64,000 nucleotides of DNA from Alkalispirochaeta sp. (GCA_965601925.1 OZ271854.1:544001-608000), one strand, 5' to 3'. Shown: positions 1 to 10,280, counted from the stretch's first letter. A program made the numbers and translations. Notes: generated by a model not told the origin, from the sequence alone.

Positions 1-18
1 GCTACTGCGACCGAACGA

Positions 19-903
19 TCACCGACCGTCCGGAATGGTTATGGCATCCTCGGGAAAGATGAGATCCGGATCGGCTATGTTGTTCTCTTCAGCGATATCG
101 AAGTACGCCCAGGGCGTTCCGTAAAACCGCTCCGAGAGCGCCCACAACGTATCGCCTCGCTGCACTCGGTACTCCGTCTCCGTACGCTCGTCCTCCGTCG
201 CATCGCCCGTGATATCGGTCTGCAACGAGTCCGTTACGTCGGCGGCGGGCTCCTCGGGTGCCGGCGATTCCTCCGGGAGCGGCTCGGACACCGCGGGTTG
301 TGTCGCTTCGGATTCAGGCTCCTCCTCCGCCGGAATCTGCGCCGGCGGCGGGGTTGTTTCAGGCGGGCGGGCGGACGTCTCGACGACACCGTCTCCTCGA
401 TCGATGGGCAGAAACAGAACCAGCGCGACGGCCGCACCGATCAAAAGGAGCGCGGCGGCGAGTATAGGCCACCACCGTCGCCGTTTTCGCTCGGTGTCGT
501 AGGAAACGGCGGTAAATACGCCGCCATCCGATGCTTTCGTCTCATACGAATCGTCGTGCGGTCCGACCGGAAGAGCCTCCTCCGGAAAAACGTACTCGTC
601 CAGATCGAGTGATACGCTTTGCACGTTACCGGTATCGCCGTCCCGAACGCGCACCAAAAGCGTACGATCGGCGGTGACGGTCATATCGAGGTCCAACTCC
701 GCCTCGCCGCTCGGGCGGGGAGGCACGTTGTCGACGACGATCGTCTCCAAAGGCTCGCCTTCGTCGTCAATGATACGATACAGCTCGATAAGAGCGCGTG
801 TTTGGTCGTCGGTCGCCGTTACCAAAACGACGTGTCGACGCCCCGGCGCATCCTCTTCCAACACGGGGAACAAACTACGATCCGCAAGTCTGATTCCGAT
901 CAT
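19..903 (-). CDS. Membrane protein: N-terminal Hsp70/DnaK substrate-binding-like domain, one TM helix, acidic Pro/Glu linker, C-terminal LysM
   Basis: 'VTATDDQT..IELY..VVDNVPPRPSGEAELDLDMTV..TLLVRVRD' resembles the DnaK SBD. RRRR precedes a hydrophobic helix. LysM motif 'YRVQRGDTLWALSERFYG..IAEENNIADPDLIFPEDAITIP'. Confidence 0.8.
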   Translation of the reverse strand: MIGIRLADRSLFPVLEEDAPGRRHVVLVTATDDQTRALIELYRIIDDEGEPLETIVVDNVPPRPSGEAELDLDMTVTADRTLLVRVRDGDTGNVQSVSLDLDEYVFPEEALPVGPHDDSYETKASDGGVFTAVSYDTERKRRRWWPILAAALLLIGAAVALVLFLPIDRGDGVVETSARPPETTPPPAQIPAEEEPESEATQPAVSEPLPEESPAPEEPAADVTDSLQTDITGDATEDERTETEYRVQRGDTLWALSERFYGTPWAYFDIAEENNIADPDLIFPEDAITIPDGR

Positions 904-1055
904 TATCGTATCCGTATACTATAATACGGCCAATCTTACTATCCAAACAAGCATCTCTTCCCTTACAAAAAATGATATATTAGCAGATAGCGTCTTATTC
1001 GACAGCCCAATCGGGCCGGTACGACGCGTTCCGCAAGCAGCAAGAGGTGTCATTG

Positions 1056-2441
1056 ATGAGTCAATCCATGGATCTGGTAAACGATCCGATCCCCCGCTTG
1101 ATTCGCCGAATCGCCGTGCCGGCGAGCGTGGGAATGATATTCAATACGATGTACAACATCGTGGATACGTATTTCGGCCAGTTTTTATCGACCGAGGGTT
1201 TGGCGGCCCTATCGCTTTCGTTTCCCCTATTCTTCGTGATCATCGCCGCCGGAAGCGGCATTGCGACCGGAGCCACGGCGCTCATATCCAACGCCCTCGG
1301 CACCGGTGACAACGAGGCGGCGGCGCGCTATCAGGCGCAGGCGATATCGTTCGGCATCATCGCCTCGATCGTGCTGACGATAATAGGTCTCCTGGTCGCC
1401 GAGAGCGCCTACCGGTTCATGGGGGCCGAAGGACTCGTCCTCGATCTCGCGATGCAATACATACGCGTGATTCTCTTCGGTACCGGCTTTTTTATCCTGA
1501 ACTCGATCATCAACGCCGGTCTTACGTCGCGGGGCGACACCAAGAGCTTCCGCAACGTGCTGTTCATCGGGATGATCCTCAACGTCGGTCTCGACCCGCT
1601 CTTTCTCTTCGGGTTCGAACCGTTGCGTATCCCCGCATTCGGTGCGGCGGGAATCGCTCTGGCGACCGTGCTCATCCAGGGAGTCAGCTTGATCTATATG
1701 TCGAGTAAAGCGCGCAGGAAGGGCACGTGCAGGGGCATGCGCGTACGAGACTACCTTCCGTTGGAGCGTTTCTACCGCGAGATTGCCGTCCAGGGCATTC
1801 CGGCGAGCATCAATATGATGACCGTCGCCCTCGGTATGTTCGTGATCAACTTCTTCATCTCTCGCTCAGGTTCGACCGCGGGATTGGCGGCCTACGGCGT
1901 TGCGTTGCGCATCGAGCAGATTGCGCTCCTGCCGAGCATCGGGCTGCACACCGCGATTCTGACCCTCGTCGGGAACAACTTCGGTGCCGGACGGTTCGAT
2001 CGCATTCGCGAAACCTTTCGCACCGCCCTGTGGTACGGTCTCATCGTCATGGCGGTTTCGCTGGGTATCGTGCTCCCCTTAGCGGGCGTGCTGATGCGAC
2101 AGTTCACCACCGACCCCGAGGTAGTGGCCATCGGAAGAACTTATCTCTACATCGAGGGGCTCGTGTACTACGCGTACGTCATGCTCTTCGGCGCAGTGGC
2201 GTTCATGCAGGGTCTCAAACGCCCGATGCCGGCGATCTACATCGGTGTCTACCGGCAGTTGGTCGCGCCGGCGGCGGTTTTCTTCCTCTTAGCGGAGGTG
2301 CTCGGTTGGGGGCTCATGGGAATATGGTGGGGCATCTTTCTCGTGACGTGGTCGGCGGCGATCGTTACCAACGGTTGGGCGTGGGCGGTCTTCCGTCGTG
2401 AGGAGCGCGGCAGCGAAACGCCGGAGGCTGCCTCCGCCTAA
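1056..2441 (+). CDS. MATE family efflux transporter
   Basis: 'RIAVPASVGMIFNTMYNIVDTYF', 'LNVGLDPLFLFG', about 12 TM segments. GAGGTG RBS upstream of ATG 1056. Confidence 0.93.
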   Translation: MSQSMDLVNDPIPRLIRRIAVPASVGMIFNTMYNIVDTYFGQFLSTEGLAALSLSFPLFFVIIAAGSGIATGATALISNALGTGDNEAAARYQAQAISFGIIASIVLTIIGLLVAESAYRFMGAEGLVLDLAMQYIRVILFGTGFFILNSIINAGLTSRGDTKSFRNVLFIGMILNVGLDPLFLFGFEPLRIPAFGAAGIALATVLIQGVSLIYMSSKARRKGTCRGMRVRDYLPLERFYREIAVQGIPASINMMTVALGMFVINFFISRSGSTAGLAAYGVALRIEQIALLPSIGLHTAILTLVGNNFGAGRFDRIRETFRTALWYGLIVMAVSLGIVLPLAGVLMRQFTTDPEVVAIGRTYLYIEGLVYYAYVMLFGAVAFMQGLKRPMPAIYIGVYRQLVAPAAVFFLLAEVLGWGLMGIWWGIFLVTWSAAIVTNGWAWAVFRREERGSETPEAASA

Positions 2442-3133
2442 GACTCGTCGGGAGGCGGGCAGAACTCGGCGGACGGAGGCGTAGGTACGGCGTGCACCGT
2501 CGGATAGCGGGCGAAATGTTCGATATTCTCGGCGAGAAAGTGGATAGCATTCTCCACCATCAGTTCGAAATCGTCCCACGAGCGCTTGCGGTCGCGGTTG
2601 AGCATGTTGCTCTCCCAAAGCATCACGTTCCCGTGGACGTGGGTCCAACAGCTCATCGATGCGGCGCCGGCGCGACGAGCTCGTTCTTCCGGGCTATCCC
2701 CCGGACGCGACACAAGCGGCGTTACGGCACTCAATAGCGCATCGAAAGCGCGGCCGGCAACCTGGTGAAACTGCTCGTCGTGCGCGACCAGCTTTGCCTT
2801 GTGGGGACCGAACATGATGCGATAATGCGCCGGGTGCTCGAAGGCGAAGCGGCAATATCCCCGGCCGAGTTCCGCGAGTCGCCTTTTTGCGTCGGTAATG
2901 GTCGACGTCGACTCAAGCCTGCGACCGAGTATACGAAATCCCTCGGTCGCGACGGCGAGAATAATGGCCGTCTTATCGGGAAAGTGGTGCGCCGGCGCGG
3001 CGTGAGAGACCCCGACCTCCTTGGCGAGCCGCCGGATGGTGAGCGCCTCCGTCCCTTCGGTGTCGATAATGTCCAGCGCCGCCTCTATGAGCGCGTGACG
3101 CAGATCACCGTGATGGTACCGTCCTTGTTGCAT
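2438..3133 (-). CDS. TetR/AcrR family regulator (WHG-type C-terminus)
   Basis: 'YHHGDLRHALIEAA..LTIRRLAKEVGVSHAAPAHHFPDK' and 'WTHVHG'. Last gene of the RND operon. Confidence 0.93.
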   Translation of the reverse strand: MQQGRYHHGDLRHALIEAALDIIDTEGTEALTIRRLAKEVGVSHAAPAHHFPDKTAIILAVATEGFRILGRRLESTSTITDAKRRLAELGRGYCRFAFEHPAHYRIMFGPHKAKLVAHDEQFHQVAGRAFDALLSAVTPLVSRPGDSPEERARRAGAASMSCWTHVHGNVMLWESNMLNRDRKRSWDDFELMVENAIHFLAENIEHFARYPTVHAVPTPPSAEFCPPPDES

Positions 3134-3137
3134 GCTA

Positions 3138-6100
3138 CTACTCTAAATCGATAAGCTCCCGCGGCACAATCTCCAATCCTCGTGCCCGCCGCCACGCAAA
3201 GAACGCCCTGATCGCCTGGGTCGCAGCTTGATCGCGCGCCGTTCGTTCGCGCCGGACCTCGGCCTGTGCCTCGACGTAGTCGGTGCTGGTTCTTCGCCCC
3301 GCTTCAAACAGCTGTGCGGTCTCCGCCTCCAACCGCTCGGCAAGTTGGAGTGAGCGCTCCTGGACGCGATAGCGATCCAGTGCGATCTCAAAGTCGACCG
3401 ACCGCTGATGCAGCTCGACCTCCACCGCCTCGATTGCCGCAGTATACCGCTCCTCGGTGGCGAGCCTCAGTTGACGCACACGATCGGCGGCGGCGACACG
3501 CGCTCCGCGGGCGTAAGGAACCCATCGCAGGACGACCGCCGCCTCGATCCAATAGTCTTGTTCCAGAGCGCTGTTGAGCACATTGATGCCGCGTAGCTGC
3601 GCCTCCACCGACGGAAGGCGCTGGAAGTGCACGGATCGTTCCGCTGCGATCGTCTCCTCGATGACGCTTCCGAGCGAGACGAGATCGTTCCGCTGCCGCC
3701 ACGATGCGTCGTCTCCGTGGTAGGGACTGTTGCGGTACAGACGTTCGGCGTGCTCGACCACGCGAGCGATCCCGGCCGATGAAGGAACGTCAACGGGTCG
3801 CCGACGTCCGATAAGGCGGGCCAGGTCGTCCGCGACGACCTCTCGGCGTAGGACAAACGTGCGCAGGTCGCGCTCAACCTGGAGTAACGCTATCTCGATA
3901 CGGTCGGCGTCGCTCTGTATGGCGCGGCCCCCGTCGACCAACCGCGTGACCCGCTCGTACTGGGCGCGAAGCGCGGCGCCGGAAATTGAGGCCGCCTCGA
4001 CCGCGCTGTCGACGTCGACGACATCGAGGGAGCGAAAGAGCGCTTCGATTACTTGCGCCTCCCCTTCTTCCCGCGCCTGCGCCGCAGCGGTCCGAACCGC
4101 CGCCGATCGGAGCGCCGGCTCGCCGACCTGTACCGCGAGATCGAACACCGGCTGCGAGAGTACCGCGACGACTTGGCCCTCCCAGTCGGGCTCCTCTTCG
4201 ATGGTGCCTCCGCCGGGGGACGGTACCGTCAACGCCTCGTTGCGCCGCAACACCTCTCCCTCGATCGATAGGGCGGGTAACAACGCGCTTCGGCGCGCCT
4301 CGACGAGTCCTCGATCCGCCGCCGCGACGTCCAACGCTGCGGCACGCGAGGCGGCGTTGGCGCGCGCGCCGTCGACGATATCCGCGAAGATCGCGCCCAC
4401 TGCGCCGTCGTCCGCGTCCTGTGCGGAGGAGGGGTACGCTACTCCAAAAAGCGAGAACGCCAACCCGCAGAGGAAGAGCGCCGCACGCGAGGCGATACCG
4501 CGCTGGCGGATCGTGGGCCGAGCAAACATCAATCGGTACATCGCCGGGACGACCAGAATGGTAAGCACCGTAGAGGCGGCGAGGCCGGAGATAATCGATC
4601 CGGCGAAGGGCGGCCATAGTGAGCTCGACGAGAAGAGTAACGGCACCATACCGGCTATCGTCGTGCCGGCGGTGAGCAGAATCGGTCTGATACGCTCCTC
4701 CACGGCGCCTCGGATCGCCGCATCCAGAGGGAGCCCCTCGTCGCGTTTGGCGTCCATCAAATCGATGAGGATAATCGCGTTGTTGACGACGATACCGATA
4801 AGAGCGATGACGCCGAGCATCGACGTGAAACCGAAGGGCTGATTGAAGATCAACAACCCGGGAATAACTCCGACGGCGGCCAGCGGTACGGTCGTCATGA
4901 CGATTCCCACTTTGCGGAAGGAGCGAAACTGGAGAAGGAGGATCGTCAGCAGTACGACGACGCCGAGATAGGAAGCGTTGGCGATCGCGCGATTGGCGGC
5001 CGCCGACTCCTCGGCAGCGCCGCCCACGGTGCGCTCTACCCCTTCGATCGGCGGCTCCAGACGATCGTTGAGCGTCGCGAGCACCTCATTGTACGCCGCT
5101 CCGGGAGCGAGCTCGGCGAGGACCGACGCGGTTCTCACACCGTTACGGCGCGTGATCTCGGAGGGACGGAACTCCGTCCTGACACGGGCGACGGCGGCCA
5201 GCGGTACGAGCCCTCCGCCGACCGGTGAGAAGAGTTGAATGTCGTCGAACTGCGCCGCGTCGTAGTCCTCACCGGCGGGACTCCGTACGATCACGGGGAT
5301 GCGCTCTTCGCGATAGGAGATCTCACCGGCCGGAATGCCGCGCACGGCGGCGCGTACCGCTTGAGCGATGGAGGCGCGGTTGATACCCAGCGCGTTAGCT
5401 CGGGCGTCGTCTATCGCAAGTGAGAGGGTCAACGTCGGGGCGCTCAGGGTGGAGCGTACGTCCACGGCGCCCGGTATCTCCTGTAATGAGCCGATAATAT
5501 TCTGCACCTCGCTCGCGACGCGTTGAAAGTCCTCTCCCGCGACACGGAGTTGAATCGGCGCATCGACCGGCGGCCCCTGCTCCAGCTTTCGAGCAACAAC
5601 GACGGCTTCCGGCGTGATTTCGCGAGCACGGCGACGAATCCACTCCGTCATGGGCTCAACGACATCGGATGTCGTCGTCGTCACGAGGATCTGACCTCGG
5701 TACGGTGCATTGGTGACGGTAAGGACGTTGTAATAGAAACGAGGTGCGGTGCGACCGGCAAACGCTGCGACCTGTACCACCTCTTCGCGCTCCAGGAGCG
5801 CCTGTTCGAGAGTCGCTACGACCCGCGACGTCTCACCGATATGTGTACCTCGCGGCGTCTCGATGTCGATGACGAGTTGGTTGCGATCCGAGCTCGGAAA
5901 AAACTGTTGCTGCACCCTCGGTAACAACGTCGCGACGAGTATTACTCCGACGAGCGCACCGGCGATGACTAACCACGGGCGACGAGTTGAGAAGTGCGAC
6001 ACGCGACGAAGCGCCGGCGACGTCTCGGCCATCGTGAGGGTCGCGCCGTCCCGCGTGCCGTCCCCGTTCCCGGACGGACGGAGGACCATCATCGCTATTG

Positions 6101-7547
6101 TCGGTGTAACGATAACGGCAAAAAAGTAACTCAGGGTGAGGGTGAGCATAACCAAGCGCGGAATGGCTCCCGTGAACTCCGCAGTCTCTCCGCGAGCCAA
6201 CAGCAGCGGAATATAGGCCGCGAGGGTGGTGCCGGTCGCCGCCGCCAACGGCACAAGAAGCTCCCGTACCGCTGCGCCCGCCGCACTCTTGCGATCTTCA
6301 CCGGCGTCCAGTCGCCACTGGATCCGCTCTGCAACGACGATGGCGTTGTCTACCAGAAGTCCCAGGGACATCACGAGCGCCGCAATCGAAATCTGGTGGA
6401 GCACGCCTCCGGCAACGGCATACAACGCAAGTCCGCCGAGCGCAACGACGGGGACCATCGCGGCGACGGTGAGTCCCAACCTGACTCCCATTGCAAGGAT
6501 CACGACCGCCGCAACGATGGCGATGCCCTGCAACAACGATCCCGCGAGATCGCTCAACCGCGTCTCGACGCGCCGCGGCTGGAACGAGGCATAATCGACG
6601 GTGAGCTCGGGATGTTCCGCGGAAAACCGATCTACCGTCGAGATGACCTGTTCACCGAAGGCGACGATATCGATCGCCTGCTGCGGAACGACCCCGACGG
6701 TTACGACACTTCGATTATCGAGTCGCGCCGATGCATCGGCGGGCTCGGCCGGACCGATATACAGCGGGCCGACCGAGGAGAGCGGTATCGATGCGCCGCT
6801 CGGGAGTACGATCTCCGTTTCGCCGAGCTCGTGCATCGTGTCTACGCCGCTCTCGGGGTCGACACCGGCTTGTACCGTTCCGACGCGCAACTGACCGCCG
6901 GGAATGGTAACCAAGCGCTCGGCGAGCTGGCCGGCGAGGTACGAGCGACTCATCCCGAGCTGGCGGGAGGTCGCCTCATCGAGCGTCACCACCAGCTCGC
7001 GATCGACATCGGGGGCGATGTTCACCTCCTTGACACCCTGCACGCGCCGGAGATCCCGTTCGAGCTCCTCGGCGGCGTACCATAGCTCAGCGAGGTCTCC
7101 ACTCCCGCCGATACCGACGATGACCGCCTCGACGGAGGTCACCTCCCAATTGGTAATGGGCTCCTCGACACCTTCGGGATACTCCCGCTGGGCTCGCCTG
7201 AGAGCGCTTTCGACTTCGTCCCATACCGGATCCACATCGCGCACACGGCCGTCCAACTCCACGGTAATTGCGGCTACGTCGGGTCGAATACTGACTTCGA
7301 CCGCCGCGATCTCTTCGACGCTCCGCAGTTGGTCCTCGGTCGGTATGACGATCAACTCTTCGATGGAGTCCGCGTCACCGCCGGGGTAGATAACCAGAAT
7401 CGAGCCGAAGCGTGCGGTGAGGGACGGATCCTCCTGTCTCGGCATCGTCGTCCAGGAGAAGATGCCGGTGAAGACGGCGGCGGCGGCGATGAGGAGGATC
7501 GCCCGTCGTTGGCGATAGAGTATCGCTCCGAATCGGCCGGGACTCAT
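3138..7547 (-). CDS. RND efflux permease (AcrB/AcrD/AcrF family) fused to a C-terminal TolC-like outer-membrane factor
   Basis: About 1010 aa RND part ('PRQEDP', 'GLLVDNAIVVAE', 'QFFPSSDR', 'GIVVNNAI', 'RIRPILLT'). It is followed in frame by about 430 aa with OMF repeats ('LLPALSIEG..LSQPVFD', 'RLPSVEAQ', 'FEAGRRTSTDYVEAQ'). Confidence 0.88.
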   Translation of the reverse strand: MSPGRFGAILYRQRRAILLIAAAAVFTGIFSWTTMPRQEDPSLTARFGSILVIYPGGDADSIEELIVIPTEDQLRSVEEIAAVEVSIRPDVAAITVELDGRVRDVDPVWDEVESALRRAQREYPEGVEEPITNWEVTSVEAVIVGIGGSGDLAELWYAAEELERDLRRVQGVKEVNIAPDVDRELVVTLDEATSRQLGMSRSYLAGQLAERLVTIPGGQLRVGTVQAGVDPESGVDTMHELGETEIVLPSGASIPLSSVGPLYIGPAEPADASARLDNRSVVTVGVVPQQAIDIVAFGEQVISTVDRFSAEHPELTVDYASFQPRRVETRLSDLAGSLLQGIAIVAAVVILAMGVRLGLTVAAMVPVVALGGLALYAVAGGVLHQISIAALVMSLGLLVDNAIVVAERIQWRLDAGEDRKSAAGAAVRELLVPLAAATGTTLAAYIPLLLARGETAEFTGAIPRLVMLTLTLSYFFAVIVTPTIAMMVLRPSGNGDGTRDGATLTMAETSPALRRVSHFSTRRPWLVIAGALVGVILVATLLPRVQQQFFPSSDRNQLVIDIETPRGTHIGETSRVVATLEQALLEREEVVQVAAFAGRTAPRFYYNVLTVTNAPYRGQILVTTTTSDVVEPMTEWIRRRAREITPEAVVVARKLEQGPPVDAPIQLRVAGEDFQRVASEVQNIIGSLQEIPGAVDVRSTLSAPTLTLSLAIDDARANALGINRASIAQAVRAAVRGIPAGEISYREERIPVIVRSPAGEDYDAAQFDDIQLFSPVGGGLVPLAAVARVRTEFRPSEITRRNGVRTASVLAELAPGAAYNEVLATLNDRLEPPIEGVERTVGGAAEESAAANRAIANASYLGVVVLLTILLLQFRSFRKVGIVMTTVPLAAVGVIPGLLIFNQPFGFTSMLGVIALIGIVVNNAIILIDLMDAKRDEGLPLDAAIRGAVEERIRPILLTAGTTIAGMVPLLFSSSSLWPPFAGSIISGLAASTVLTILVVPAMYRLMFARPTIRQRGIASRAALFLCGLAFSLFGVAYPSSAQDADDGAVGAIFADIVDGARANAASRAAALDVAAADRGLVEARRSALLPALSIEGEVLRRNEALTVPSPGGGTIEEEPDWEGQVVAVLSQPVFDLAVQVGEPALRSAAVRTAAAQAREEGEAQVIEALFRSLDVVDVDSAVEAASISGAALRAQYERVTRLVDGGRAIQSDADRIEIALLQVERDLRTFVLRREVVADDLARLIGRRRPVDVPSSAGIARVVEHAERLYRNSPYHGDDASWRQRNDLVSLGSVIEETIAAERSVHFQRLPSVEAQLRGINVLNSALEQDYWIEAAVVLRWVPYARGARVAAADRVRQLRLATEERYTAAIEAVEVELHQRSVDFEIALDRYRVQERSLQLAERLEAETAQLFEAGRRTSTDYVEAQAEVRRERTARDQAATQAIRAFFAWRRARGLEIVPRELIDLE

Positions 7548-8656
7548 CGAATCACCTCTACGCTCAATCCGTCCGAGAGATTCACCTGGCCCGACACGAC
7601 GACCGGCGTCCCCGCTGCGACGACCGGCGGTATCAATAGTCCTTCGGCGGTCGGTTCCGGATCATCGACCGGGACGATCCGAATGCGGTCGTCCTCCACG
7701 ACATACACGCGCGGCCTGAGATCGGGACCACCGACGACGGCGGACGGAGGAAGCAACAACGCCGGCGTGCGCCGGGTAAGCCGCAGCGTCACCTCGGCAG
7801 GCGAGCCGGACGGTAAGCCCGAGTCGATGCTGTCGACCGACGCCACGACCGGAAAGAGCATCGACGGCTCGGCGGCGTGGTCGGCTACCGACCGCACGGA
7901 TCCGGTGAGTTCACGGTCGGGCAGAAACGTCGGCCGTACGGTGAGGGAATCTCCGGACTCGAGGGCGAGGGCGACGGAGGCGGGAACCAAGAGCTCAATC
8001 TCATAGCGCGGATCGGTGCTGCTCAGGAACGCCACCGGTCCGCCCGCCGACACCACCTGTCCCTCTTCCACGGGAAGCGCGGTGACCACCGCGTCGTAGG
8101 GAGCCCGGAGCGTCGCCTCATCAAGCTGTCGTCGCGCCTCTCCGAGCGCCACCTCCGCCTGGGACACCTGCGCGCGCCACGTCGCGACGAGCGTCTCGCG
8201 CGCCTCTCGCTCCTCATCGGTAGCGGCATCGCCGAGACGGTCCACGCGGCCCAAATCGCGACGCGCCTGTTCCCATTGCTCGCGCGCGCTCGTGAGGGCG
8301 GCCTCGGCCTGTCGTACCGCGTTGCGCCATCCGTTGGCCTCCAGGCGGGCAAGCGACTGCCCCTCCTCGACTCGGTCGCCGAGCTCAATAGCGATTTCCT
8401 CGACACGCCCGGTGTGCACGAAGGCGACCGGGCCTCCGTCGGCGGTCCGCATCACACCGTGAAAGCGATGCTCCCGCACCTCAGGCGCATATCGCGCCGG
8501 GACGACGCCGACGCGCAACGCGGAAGCGGCATCGTCCGTACGCTCGGAACTCGATACATCGGTGGAATCGTCGCCCAGCGCGACAAACGCCACCGTGGAA
8601 AGGGCCAACAACGTCGCCGCGCCGCGGGCGAGCCATCTTCTCACGTTTGTATTCAT
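7544..8656 (-). CDS. RND periplasmic adaptor (membrane fusion protein)
   Basis: 'GRVEEIAIELGDRVEEGQSLARL', coiled coil, 'LRAPYDAVV..VEEGQVV'. AGGAG RBS before ATG 8656. Overlaps the permease start. Confidence 0.9.
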   Translation of the reverse strand: MNTNVRRWLARGAATLLALSTVAFVALGDDSTDVSSSERTDDAASALRVGVVPARYAPEVREHRFHGVMRTADGGPVAFVHTGRVEEIAIELGDRVEEGQSLARLEANGWRNAVRQAEAALTSAREQWEQARRDLGRVDRLGDAATDEEREARETLVATWRAQVSQAEVALGEARRQLDEATLRAPYDAVVTALPVEEGQVVSAGGPVAFLSSTDPRYEIELLVPASVALALESGDSLTVRPTFLPDRELTGSVRSVADHAAEPSMLFPVVASVDSIDSGLPSGSPAEVTLRLTRRTPALLLPPSAVVGGPDLRPRVYVVEDDRIRIVPVDDPEPTAEGLLIPPVVAAGTPVVVSGQVNLSDGLSVEVIR

Positions 8657-8668
8657 GACCATACTCCT

Positions 8669-8729
8669 ATCTTTACGATGTAAAGTTTCTTTACGACGTA
8701 AAGATAACGTGTCGGATACAATGCGTCCA
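8669..8729 (-). promoter_or_regulatory. Sigma70-like promoter of the RND operon with two tandem palindromic operators CTTTAC-N3-GTAAAG
   Basis: Palindromes at 8671-8685 and 8689-8703. Minus strand TGGACG (8729-8724), 17 bp, TATCTT (8706-8701). Confidence 0.8.
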
Positions 8730-8873
8730 GATAAATCGAAAAAACTTTTGAATGTTTTTTTAGCGGAGATCATTTAGGGGTGTGCGTTACGATTGAGTAC
8801 TCGACGCGTCCGGTAAACCGTGGGATGCGGTAGACGCGGAAATCGTCGGAAAAGAAACGGCTCTCGTGTCGCG

Positions 8874-10280
8874 TCAGCTTCCGACCGCATCCAACGGCGA
8901 GTGTCGGCGCGCGGCACGGTAGACCGGCACGGTTTGTTCCTTGCCCTTCACCTTCGAGTCGGCGACGAACACGGCGCGCTCCCGACGACCGGGCTCCAGA
9001 ATCCGCACGACGCTTTCGGTCAACAGCAGCGAGAAGCCGTGCTCTTTGGTCAGTGATTCGACGCGCGAAGCGGCGTTAACGGCGTCACCGATGACGGTAA
9101 ACTCTTTACGACTCGAGCTGCCGATACTCCCTTGTACCACCTCTCCGTAATGGAGACCGATGCCGATCTGCAACGGACGTCTGCCGACTCGGGTCCAATG
9201 AGCGTTCAGCGCGTCGAGGCGACGTAACATATCCTCGGCCGCGTCGAGTGCCGCGTCGCCCGGTCGATCGAGCTCGGTCACGCCGCCGAATACCGCCATC
9301 ACCGCGTCCCCGATGAACTTGTCGACGACGCCGCCGTGACTGATGATCGCTTCTACCATTTCGTCGAAGTACTCATTGAGTTGAGCGACGATTTGGGTCG
9401 GCGGCAGCGCTTCACTGAGGGCGCTGAAGGAGCGAATATCGGAAAAGAGCACCACGACGTTCTTCATTTCGCTGACGTTCTCTTCTCGCTGTTGGAGCAA
9501 CTTTTCCTTTACTTCATCGCTGACGTACTGCCCGAACATACGCGATATTGCGTTCTTTTCGAACTCCTCGCGGACGATACTTCGAATGAGTTTGTGCACA
9601 TGCCCGGCGAGAGCCCACAACATAACTCCCGACAAACCGATCATCATCGCCTTGAAGGCGTACAACGCACCGGAGCTGATATCCTGTGTGAGCTCGGGGT
9701 AGGGCGAGGAGACCTGCGCCAAATACGGAGACGCGAGGAGATAGACGAGGAAGTACTGCAGACCGACCGATACTCCCATCACGAGCGAAAGCGTCCGGTC
9801 GAAGAGAAAACCGGTGATCAGAATGAGCAAATAATAGAGATACGAGAACGGCCCGGTGATGTAGAACGCCGCTCCGCCCTCAAAGGCCGCGTGCGACATG
9901 AGAAAGAGCATCGTCGGAAGGGCGGTGAGGGCACCGAAGACGAGATAGAGCCGATGGCCCTTCATCTTGCTACGCCGTGCGAGCGCGTAAATCGCAAAAC
10001 TCACCACGCCGCCGATGAAGGCGGTAACCGCCGGTAGCAACACTCCGGAAAGCACATCCAACGCCATCAACACGGCGATCGCCGGACCGCACGCCAATCC
10101 GAGGACTCCCAAAACCAAGGAGCCGCGTTGAAGCACCACGTTCGCCTCGCGTGTGACATAGGTCTGAATGTCGAGATCGTGCGCGGGGGATGTATTGTCG
10201 ATCATGCCGTCGATTATAGAGCGGAGCGGAGCCCTGTCAAACGGCGCCGCGACGCCCTCCGTTCGGTACGTTGTCATCAC
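8874..10280 (-). CDS. Membrane-bound class III adenylate/guanylate cyclase
   Basis: About 6 TM segments followed by 'VLFSDIRSFS', 'VDKFIGDAVMAVFG', 'GIGLHYG', 'FTVIGDAVNAASRVES'. Confidence 0.92.
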   Translation of the reverse strand: MMTTYRTEGVAAPFDRAPLRSIIDGMIDNTSPAHDLDIQTYVTREANVVLQRGSLVLGVLGLACGPAIAVLMALDVLSGVLLPAVTAFIGGVVSFAIYALARRSKMKGHRLYLVFGALTALPTMLFLMSHAAFEGGAAFYITGPFSYLYYLLILITGFLFDRTLSLVMGVSVGLQYFLVYLLASPYLAQVSSPYPELTQDISSGALYAFKAMMIGLSGVMLWALAGHVHKLIRSIVREEFEKNAISRMFGQYVSDEVKEKLLQQREENVSEMKNVVVLFSDIRSFSALSEALPPTQIVAQLNEYFDEMVEAIISHGGVVDKFIGDAVMAVFGGVTELDRPGDAALDAAEDMLRRLDALNAHWTRVGRRPLQIGIGLHYGEVVQGSIGSSSRKEFTVIGDAVNAASRVESLTKEHGFSLLLTESVVRILEPGRRERAVFVADSKVKGKEQTVPVYRAARRHSPLDAVGS

